From a candidate division WWE3 bacterium (lineage in GTDB: Bacteria; Patescibacteriota; WWE3; UBA101185; UBA10185), in assembly GCA_945897985.1 (NCBI GenBank), contig CAMDGN010000002.1:1-44242 (forward strand): a stretch of DNA of 44,242 nucleotides. Direction: 5' to 3'. Both the position numbers and the translations under genes were made by a program. Each line of letters begins with the position of its first letter. The first letter of the stretch is position 1. Positions 37,601 to 44,242 of the stretch are shown piece by piece. Below the pieces are notes generated by a model. It had not been told where the DNA came from and made no database searches. It saw only the letters and a program-made list of their open reading frames with translations.

Positions 37601-38230
37601 ATGTTTGAATTTACTAAACGATTTATAGACATAATCGGATCCCTTATTGGGATATTAATCTTTATAATCCCGATGGCTTTAATAGCTTTATACATTAAAA
37701 TTGCTTCCCCCGGAGACTCTGTTATCGCAAATACCAAAGGTAGGGTTGGGTATAAGGGTAAAGAGTTTAAATTACTAAAGTTTAGATCAATGATTCCTAA
37801 TGCTCAGGCTTGGTTAGAATCTCAACCTGAATTATTCAATAAATACAAAGAAAATAATTTTAAACTCGATCCAGACCCAAGACTAATTCCCGGAGGTAAA
37901 TTTATTAGAAAATTTTCTTTAGACGAATTGCCTCAATTTTTTAATATCTTAAACGGGGATATGAGTCTAGTTGGGCCTAGAGCTTATTTCAAATTTGAAT
38001 TAGAAGAGCAATTAAAAAAATATCCTCAAACCAAGGCTGATATATTACAGATGCAGGAAGCAAAACCCGGACTAACTGGAGTTTGGCAAACCAGTGGAAG
38101 GTCAAGTATTGGGTTTGTTGAAAGGATAAAGATGGACGCAGATTACTCTAGAAAGCGTTCTCTGCTTTATGATATATTAATTATATTGAAGACACCATTA
38201 GTAGTTATATTCGGAAAAGGAGCTTACTAG
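37601..38230 (+). CDS. Small monotopic phosphoglycosyltransferase (PglC/WcaJ C-terminal domain; initiating sugar transferase)
   Basis: KRFIDI, RVG, KFRSM, DPR, RKFSLDELPQFFNILNGDMSLVGPR, KPGLTGVWQ. Confidence 0.93.
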   Translation: MFEFTKRFIDIIGSLIGILIFIIPMALIALYIKIASPGDSVIANTKGRVGYKGKEFKLLKFRSMIPNAQAWLESQPELFNKYKENNFKLDPDPRLIPGGKFIRKFSLDELPQFFNILNGDMSLVGPRAYFKFELEEQLKKYPQTKADILQMQEAKPGLTGVWQTSGRSSIGFVERIKMDADYSRKRSLLYDILIILKTPLVVIFGKGAY

Positions 38231-38233
38231 TTT

Positions 38234-40282
38234 ATGGATAAAGATAAAAGTATAAAGTTTGGAGGTAATTCTGAATCAGAAAATTTTAAAAATAAATTTA
38301 CTGAGAAGTTAGAATCTAAAGCTGCTCAAATTAAAGAAAAATTTAATTTAAATAGTTCTAACAATAAAATGAATATTGGATCAAATATGGGAAAAGTAGT
38401 TTCATCTGGAAATTTAAATAAAGTTACAAAAATTTTAGTCCCTGTTTTTGGGGGTATTCTTGTTGTATTGGTTCTGTTATTTTTTGTAGTAATAAATCCT
38501 ATTCTAAGTTTAAGAGACTCCGTTACTAAATTACAGAAGACAGTTAACCAAACAAGTTTTTCTCTAATTAATGATAGAGATCTTGTAGCTTACGAATCTA
38601 ACTTAGCAAAACTTGAAAGTGATTTGAACAACTTAAGATCTGAAAGAGACAGCAAAATTGGCCACTTAAAGAATTTTCCTTATATAAAGAACTTCTACGG
38701 TGATATTGATATCTTCATTAACACAGGAATCAAGCTTGTCGCTGCAGGAAAAGAAGTTAGACCTGTAATTGAGCCTTTTGCAGATGCTATGGGAATTAAA
38801 GTTTCCAAAGACCAGCAAGTAAATAAGATTGGATTTGCGGATGCTGTTGCAACCTGGATTAGTGTAATGCCAAAAGTTGCTCAAAATCTTGATCCAATCA
38901 TTCTTAAACTTGATGAAGCTGGAAAAGAGTTAAATAAGATTGATGCTCAGAAGTACAATTTTAATTTTGGCTTTTATAAAAACGATTTAAGACCTGGAAT
39001 TTTATTTGCTCAAAAATCTTTAGCTGACGTACGAACCTATGGTCCTGATGCCAAAGAGGCTCTTCTAATTTTCCCTGGAATTTTAGGAGTAGGTACAGGT
39101 GAGCAAAGATATATGATTATTATGCAGAATAATGCTGAAATCAGAGCAACTGGTGGTTTCTGGACTAACTTTGCAACCTTCAAGGTTAAAAACGCACTTT
39201 TAACATCTGATTTTACGTCTAAAGACATGTATTCAATTGATATTGCTCTTGACGCTGTTGATAAGTACGTAACATTTCCGACTGCTCCCGCAGCTTATAA
39301 CAAGTTCTTAAAAGTCGAGAGATTGTACGCAAGAGATACCAATATTTCTCCTGATTTCCCGTCTGCTATTACTCAGTTTAATGTTTACTACAACATGGCT
39401 CAAAGAGTTAATCCAGTTGATTTCAAGCCGGTAGATGGTTATATCGGAATTAACACCGAGGTTGTTAAAGAATTTATCGGAATCACAGGTCCTGTAAATG
39501 TTAATGGTGTAATTTTTGACAAGAATAACGTTGTTCTTGAGCTTGAAAAAATTGCCTCACTCTCCTTAGCTCAACAAGCAAATAGAAAGAAAGTTTTAGG
39601 GGACTTAATGGAAGCTATGCTTAAAAATGTGTTTGAATCTGATTCCTTCTTATGGCCACAACTTATCAACAAAGGTGTTGATTTGATGAATAGAAAACAG
39701 GTTATAATTTACTTTAACGACGTAAATTCGCAAAAACTTGTTGAAAAATATAACTACGGTGGAAGAATTGTTGAACAAACCCCAGGAAGTGACTATGCTT
39801 TCTTCGTTTCAACCAACCTTGGTGGTGATAAAACTAACTTGTTTATTAAGAAAGAGCTTACTCAGACAACAACCCAGGAGAATGGTAAGTTGCTTCGAAC
39901 TGTCAAAGTTAGATATACCTACCCGCAACCACCTTCTGAGTACAACGACTTTGTGAAGAGATACCAAGACTGGTATAGACTTTATGTTCCTGAGGATGCT
40001 GAATTTGTATCACTTACAGGAAATGAAGACAGTACTTTATTCCAAGGTAAAGAAAGAGGTAAAGTTTATTTTGGAGGATTTATGACATTAGTACCTAACG
40101 AAACTAAAGAAGTTGAATTCAAGTATTATCTTCCTGCATCTTATGTTAAGAATAAGCAATACAACTTATACATTCAAAAGCAATCCGGTGTTAACGAAGA
40201 AAAATACAACTTTAATGTTTTCGGTACAACTTCAACTAAGGTAATTGATACTGATTACAACTTAAATGTTACTTCTAACTAA
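38234..40282 (+). CDS. DUF4012-domain single-pass membrane protein
   Basis: N-terminal TM and helical stalk, then RYMIIMQNNAEIRATGGF, RDTNISPDFP, DGYIG, ITGPV, NLGGDK, RLYVP, QKQSG. Confidence 0.82.
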   Translation: MDKDKSIKFGGNSESENFKNKFTEKLESKAAQIKEKFNLNSSNNKMNIGSNMGKVVSSGNLNKVTKILVPVFGGILVVLVLLFFVVINPILSLRDSVTKLQKTVNQTSFSLINDRDLVAYESNLAKLESDLNNLRSERDSKIGHLKNFPYIKNFYGDIDIFINTGIKLVAAGKEVRPVIEPFADAMGIKVSKDQQVNKIGFADAVATWISVMPKVAQNLDPIILKLDEAGKELNKIDAQKYNFNFGFYKNDLRPGILFAQKSLADVRTYGPDAKEALLIFPGILGVGTGEQRYMIIMQNNAEIRATGGFWTNFATFKVKNALLTSDFTSKDMYSIDIALDAVDKYVTFPTAPAAYNKFLKVERLYARDTNISPDFPSAITQFNVYYNMAQRVNPVDFKPVDGYIGINTEVVKEFIGITGPVNVNGVIFDKNNVVLELEKIASLSLAQQANRKKVLGDLMEAMLKNVFESDSFLWPQLINKGVDLMNRKQVIIYFNDVNSQKLVEKYNYGGRIVEQTPGSDYAFFVSTNLGGDKTNLFIKKELTQTTTQENGKLLRTVKVRYTYPQPPSEYNDFVKRYQDWYRLYVPEDAEFVSLTGNEDSTLFQGKERGKVYFGGFMTLVPNETKEVEFKYYLPASYVKNKQYNLYIQKQSGVNEEKYNFNVFGTTSTKVIDTDYNLNVTSN

Positions 40283-40995
40283 TGAACTCTAAGAACTACG
40301 ATGCTCTTGTACTCAAGAGCATCAACCTTAAAGACTCTGACAAGATATACACTCTTCTTGTCAGAGGCTTAGGTAAAATTTCAGCTAAAGCTAAAGGTGT
40401 CCGAAAAATTAATTCTAAAAGACTTTCTACTTTAGATACTTTAAATTTTATTAGAGTTGGACTGGTAGGGGAGTCTGAAATCAGAGTAATTACTGAGGTT
40501 AAAATGACCTATTCTTTTTCAAATTTAAAAACTAATTTAGACAAATTAAAAACAGCCTATTATTTTATTGAAATTGTAAACAAGTTAATTCAGGAATCTG
40601 ATGAGTATGATGGTGTATTTGAGCTCCTAATTAAATGCTTAAAACGTCTTGATGAAAAAACTTTTTATGATTCTAGAGTTGAAAACTATTTTGAAATAAA
40701 TCTTCTTAAAATATTGGGTTATTCCATTGAGGTAGGTTCGTGTGTTGCTTGTTTTAATTCAGATTTCACTACTAGAGATTTTTCTTTTGATTTTGATCAA
40801 GGGGGTATTATCTGTTCTCACTGCTCTAACTCGCTAAACTATTTACATACTGCCACACTTAACTCGTTTAATTACTTGGATGGCAAGCTACCTGATCAGA
40901 ATCTGGAGTTTGAAGAGGTAGACCAAATTCTTAAATTCTATATTGGGAGTTTACTTAACGAAGCTCCAAAATCTCTTAAATACCTTAAACTCTAA
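40282..40995 (+). CDS. recO: DNA repair protein RecO
   Basis: ALVLK...DSDKIYTLL..LGKISAKAKGVRKINSK, zinc-finger CVAC/CSHC, GGIIC. Confidence 0.92.
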   Translation: MNSKNYDALVLKSINLKDSDKIYTLLVRGLGKISAKAKGVRKINSKRLSTLDTLNFIRVGLVGESEIRVITEVKMTYSFSNLKTNLDKLKTAYYFIEIVNKLIQESDEYDGVFELLIKCLKRLDEKTFYDSRVENYFEINLLKILGYSIEVGSCVACFNSDFTTRDFSFDFDQGGIICSHCSNSLNYLHTATLNSFNYLDGKLPDQNLEFEEVDQILKFYIGSLLNEAPKSLKYLKL

Positions 40996-41022
40996 GTTTA
41001 GTCTCATTTTTCGTTCATTTTT

Positions 41023-41031
41023 TGTTAAAAT
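41023..41031 (+). promoter_or_regulatory. Extended -10 (TGtTAAAAT) 6 nt before the glyQS ATG
   Basis: tgttaaaat-ataagt-ATG. Confidence 0.65.
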
Positions 41032-41037
41032 ATAAGT

Positions 41038-42420
41038 ATGTCAAAAGTAACTGATTTTCAGAAAATCGTAGCCTTATGTAAAAGAAGGGGATTTATCTTC
41101 CCTGGTTCTGATATTTATGGCGGACTTGCTAACACTTATGATTTTGGGCCTTTAGGTGTTGAGATGCTTCAAAACGTTATGAATTCATGGTGGAGAACGT
41201 TTGTTAGGTCAAGAGAAGACATGCATGGATTGGACACTTCTATTTTAATGAGTCCTAAAGTTTGGGAATCGTCGGGCCACACTAAAAACTTCACTGATGT
41301 ATTGGTGGATTGTAGAAATTGCCAACTTCGAACTAGAGCTGACCATCTGATTGAGGATCATTTTGAATCTAAAGGTGACAAGATTTCCGTAGAGGGTAAA
41401 ACTTTAGAAGAAATGGATAAGGTTATAATTGGCGAGAAAATTCCTTGCCCTAAATGTGGAAATCACGCCTTTACTCCGGTTAGAAAGTTTAACCTGTTAT
41501 TTGAAACTAATGTTGGAATTATTTCTACTTCTCAAAACAAGGTTTATTTAAGAGGTGAAATTGCTCAAGGAATGTTTGTTAACTTTAAAAATGTTTTGGA
41601 TACCATGAGGCCAAAACTACCATTTGGAATTGCTCAAATGGGTAAAGCTTTTAGAAATGAAATTACTTTAGGAAATTTTATCTTTAGAACACTTGAATTT
41701 AATTTAGCTGAATTTGAATATTTCTTTAATCCTGAAAAAACTGATGTAAATGTATTGTTTGATTACTGGAAAAAAGAAATGGAAGATTTTCTAATCAACT
41801 TAGGCTTAGATAAATCTAAAATGAGATGGAGAGTTCATGCTGAAGAAGAAAGAGCTCACTATTCAACTCGAACCGAAGATTTAGAATACCAGTTCCCTTT
41901 TGGATTTAAGGAAGTTCTTGGTTTAGCTTACCGAACAGACTTTGATCTTAAAAATCATATGGAACAATCTGGAACTGACCTTAGGTACATCGATCCTGAA
42001 AATAATGATAAATTTATTCCTCATGTTATTGAACCAACATTTGGAATTAATAGAATTTTCTTGGCTTTAATGGCAGAAGGTTTTACTGAAGACGAAGAAG
42101 ATAATAGGTTAGTCTTAAAGCTTTCTAAGAATGTGTCTCCTTATTTGGTTTCAGTTTTTCCATTAGTTAAAAATAAACCTGAATTAGTAGAGAAGGCTCA
42201 GTCTGTTTATTCTGGTCTTAGAAGAAACTATTCAGTTTCTTTTGATAGCAGAGGAAATATCGGAAAAAGATATTTAGCTCAGGATGAAATTGGAACACCT
42301 TACTGCATTACCGTCGATTATCAAACCTTAGAAGACGACACAGTCACAATTAGAGACAGAGATTCTAAAACTCAAGATAGAATTAAAGTTTCTGAGATCA
42401 CTTCATATCTTTCCCGATAA
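41038..42420 (+). CDS. glyQS: Glycine--tRNA ligase, homodimeric alpha2 type
   Basis: LCKRRGFIF..IYGG...YDFGPLG, FNLLF, GKAFRNEI, ERAHYS, PHVIEP, IGKRY..QDEIGTP. Confidence 0.96.
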   Translation: MSKVTDFQKIVALCKRRGFIFPGSDIYGGLANTYDFGPLGVEMLQNVMNSWWRTFVRSREDMHGLDTSILMSPKVWESSGHTKNFTDVLVDCRNCQLRTRADHLIEDHFESKGDKISVEGKTLEEMDKVIIGEKIPCPKCGNHAFTPVRKFNLLFETNVGIISTSQNKVYLRGEIAQGMFVNFKNVLDTMRPKLPFGIAQMGKAFRNEITLGNFIFRTLEFNLAEFEYFFNPEKTDVNVLFDYWKKEMEDFLINLGLDKSKMRWRVHAEEERAHYSTRTEDLEYQFPFGFKEVLGLAYRTDFDLKNHMEQSGTDLRYIDPENNDKFIPHVIEPTFGINRIFLALMAEGFTEDEEDNRLVLKLSKNVSPYLVSVFPLVKNKPELVEKAQSVYSGLRRNYSVSFDSRGNIGKRYLAQDEIGTPYCITVDYQTLEDDTVTIRDRDSKTQDRIKVSEITSYLSR

Positions 42421-42491
42421 TTAATCGAAATAATTTTTACTCATTTATTACTTTTTAACCGCTATATAAGCCTTTTCGGGTTATTTCCGTG

Positions 42492-42545
42492 TTGACTCCT
42501 AAGGTCAAATGGTGGAATATGGTTAGTAAGGGTGAGAAATGGTGA
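42492..42545 (+). promoter_or_regulatory. dcw promoter with putative MraZ-binding direct repeats
   Basis: TTGACT at 42492-42497; GGT(G) at 42511, 42521, 42531 and 42541 (exact 10-bp period) immediately before mraZ. Confidence 0.7.
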
Positions 42546-42548
42546 ATT

Positions 42549-42959
42549 ATGAAAATGTTTTTAGGTGAGTATCAACCAAATTTAACTGATGGGTCTAGGT
42601 TAGCTTTACCTAAAAAACTAAGAGAACAGATTCTTGGTGATGAAGTAGTTTTATCAAGAGGTTTTGAGAAATGCATTTTTGTTTATGACAAACAAGATTG
42701 GATTAATGAATCTCTAAAACAAATTGATAATCCTATTACAGACTTGAGAACTAGAGATTTGAGAAGATACATGTTCGCTGGAGCTGTTGACTCAAAGCTA
42801 GATTCACAAGGAAGAATGATTGTTCCTACTAATTTACTTGCCTATGCTGGACTAGAAAAAGAAGTAACTGTTATTGGGGCTGGAGATCATATTGAAATCT
42901 GGAACACTGCAACCTGGAACGCGTACTTTGAAAATGTATCAAATAGTTTAACTGCCTAA
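42549..42959 (+). CDS. mraZ: Transcriptional regulator MraZ
   Basis: MFLGEY, RLALPKKLR, RGFEKCI, LDSQGRMIVP, IGAGDHIEIW. Confidence 0.96.
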   Translation: MKMFLGEYQPNLTDGSRLALPKKLREQILGDEVVLSRGFEKCIFVYDKQDWINESLKQIDNPITDLRTRDLRRYMFAGAVDSKLDSQGRMIVPTNLLAYAGLEKEVTVIGAGDHIEIWNTATWNAYFENVSNSLTA

Positions 42960-42966
42960 AGTTTCT

Positions 42967-43836
42967 ATGAAATACCATGAACCAGTACTTTTAAATGAAG
43001 TACTTGAAAACTTAAAGCTGGATAAAACTAAAACAATTGTAGACTGCACTCTTGGAGATGGCGGACACACAATTGAAATTTTAAAAACTGGAGCCTGTGT
43101 TATTGGAATTGATTACAATGATGATTCAATTTCTAGAACCTTTTCCAGAGTTCAAAATGAAAATTTAGATAATAATTTCAACTTAATTAAAGGTAACTTT
43201 AAAGATATTGATCAGTTAATTCCTAATAAAGTAGACGGTTTTTTACTAGACCTAGGTTACTCTTCATTCCATCTTGAGGGATACCAGAAAGGTCTTTCCT
43301 TTCAAAAAGATGAAGAATTAGATATGAGGGTTGATACTTCTTTAGGTGTAAAAGCTAAAGATTTACTGAAAGTTTTAAACAGAACCCAACTGGAGCAGCT
43401 ATTCAAAATCTATGGGGAAGAGAAATATTCAAAGAAAATTGCTGAAGAAATTGTTAAGAAACGTGAAGTGAAGGAAATACATTCCACTGGTGATTTAGTT
43501 GAAATCATTAACAGTGTCGTTCCTTCACAACAGGTTTTTCGAATTAATCCTGCAACTAGGGTTTTTCAAGCTTTAAGAATTGTTGTGAATCAAGAGCTGG
43601 AGAACTTAAAAACAGCACTACCAATGGCTGAAAATCTAACACTGCCTGGTGGACGAATTTTAGTAATAACTTTTCATTCGTTAGAAGAAAAGATAGTACG
43701 ATCATTCTCCAGAGATTTTCAGCCAAGTATATATCTAGTAGGAGAATCTTCAATTTCTCCCAGCAACTTGGAAATTAGCAGAAATCCAAGAAGCAGAAGT
43801 GCCAAATTATATGTTTTTGAGAAACGAAAAAAATAA
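42967..43836 (+). CDS. rsmH: 16S rRNA m4C1402 methyltransferase RsmH
   Basis: HEPVLLNE, DCTLGDGGHT, DLGYSS, LDMR, YGEE, FQALRI.VN.EL, ITFHSLE, NPRSRSAKL. Confidence 0.96.
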   Translation: MKYHEPVLLNEVLENLKLDKTKTIVDCTLGDGGHTIEILKTGACVIGIDYNDDSISRTFSRVQNENLDNNFNLIKGNFKDIDQLIPNKVDGFLLDLGYSSFHLEGYQKGLSFQKDEELDMRVDTSLGVKAKDLLKVLNRTQLEQLFKIYGEEKYSKKIAEEIVKKREVKEIHSTGDLVEIINSVVPSQQVFRINPATRVFQALRIVVNQELENLKTALPMAENLTLPGGRILVITFHSLEEKIVRSFSRDFQPSIYLVGESSISPSNLEISRNPRSRSAKLYVFEKRKK

Positions 43837-44116
43837 ACCATTTTACAGATTACTAATCGCAACTTACGTTGTATATTTTGTACTAAATATGATTTCTCTA
43901 AACTATCTTTCAGTAAACAGTGCAGAATTTAAAAAACTAGAGACAGAGATCTCTACATTAAATGATTCAATCTCAAACTTAAATTTCAAATTATCAAAAG
44001 CTTCCTCAATTTCAGATGTAGAAGATAGAGCTAAGAAATTAGGATTTATTAAAATCAACCATGATGTTAAGGTAATATCAGCCTCCTTTGCGTATAATTT
44101 CACTAATGAGAATTAA
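43811..44116 (+). CDS. ftsL: FtsL-like cell division protein
   Basis: Lies after rsmH; single TM, then a coiled coil, then VEDRAKKLGF. Start uncertain (43799 or 43811). Confidence 0.7.
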   Translation: MFLRNEKNKPFYRLLIATYVVYFVLNMISLNYLSVNSAEFKKLETEISTLNDSISNLNFKLSKASSISDVEDRAKKLGFIKINHDVKVISASFAYNFTNEN

Positions 44117-44242
44117 TTCACCAGGACACTCAGTTTTTGGTTTTAAAATTTTATACCTGACTTTCGCTATTTTTTTTGTTGTTTTATTTGTAAAGCTTTT
44201 TTTAATCCAAGTCTGGGGTTACTCCGAACTTAAACAAAAAGC
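44106..44242 (+). CDS. ftsI: N-terminus of a probable class B penicillin-binding protein (FtsI-like; truncated)
   Basis: Own translation MRINSPGHSVFGFKILYLTFAIFFVVLFVKLFLIQVWGYSELKQK; TM ends in KLFLIQV (compare RLxxLQ); dcw synteny. Confidence 0.65.
   Translation, partial: MRINSPGHSVFGFKILYLTFAIFFVVLFVKLFLIQVWGYSELKQK

Noticed and set aside
42421..42491. Intrinsic terminator after glyQS (taaccg...cgggtta) and a T-box before glyQS
   Set aside because: The stem is short and mismatched with a long loop and no clear U-tract; the 42-bp gap before glyQS is too short for a T-box.
733..44103. Short alternative-frame and antisense ORFs in the track (e.g. 733-939, 2665-2847, 5313-5582, 6162-6353, 30332-30550, 32233-32535, 36181-36486, 38666-38884, 43556-43753, 43903-44103)
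   Set aside because: They lie inside well-supported genes and show no recognisable motifs; most likely shadow ORFs.
1..44242. Alternative genetic code (TGA=Gly as in Gracilibacteria/SR1)
   Set aside because: Full-length conserved genes such as ugd end in TGA at the expected C-terminus, and no gene is broken by in-frame TGA.
1..44242. CRISPR arrays, tRNA/rRNA genes, riboswitches, IS elements, integrases
   Set aside because: The longest intergenic gap is about 130 bp; no repeat-spacer pattern, cloverleaf or transposase motif was seen.

Overview
AT-rich, densely packed bacterial window using the standard genetic code (TGA acts as stop). Gene content resembles Patescibacteria/CPR (Microgenomates/WWE3-like; this is an inference): alpha2-type GlyRS, DUF4012, a membrane-anchored CAP protein and a short mraZ-rsmH-ftsL-ftsI run. 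The left end (minus strand) is a putative 4-gene operon: a speD-like decarboxylase, a stand-alone ~7-TM protein, an 83-aa protein and a soluble PAS histidine kinase (truncated by the window edge, absent from the ORF track). Positions ~2.2-40.3 kb form one large surface-glycosylation locus with 5 GT2 (4 resembling polyprenol-phosphate-sugar synthases), 9 GT4-like enzymes and 6 GT-C-type membrane genes, one of them an O-antigen-ligase-like/ArnT-like fusion. It also holds 3 Wzx flippases, GtrA and UPF0104 domains, ugd, an initiating phosphoglycosyltransferase, an HpnJ-like radical SAM/methyltransferase pair and a DUF4012 protein. The right end is housekeeping (recO, glyQS, dcw start). A -10 hexamer recurs 5-6 nt before start codons, suggesting leaderless transcripts that split the locus into modules. 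No RNA genes, CRISPR arrays or mobile elements were recognised. All family calls come from motif recognition by eye, not from database searches.
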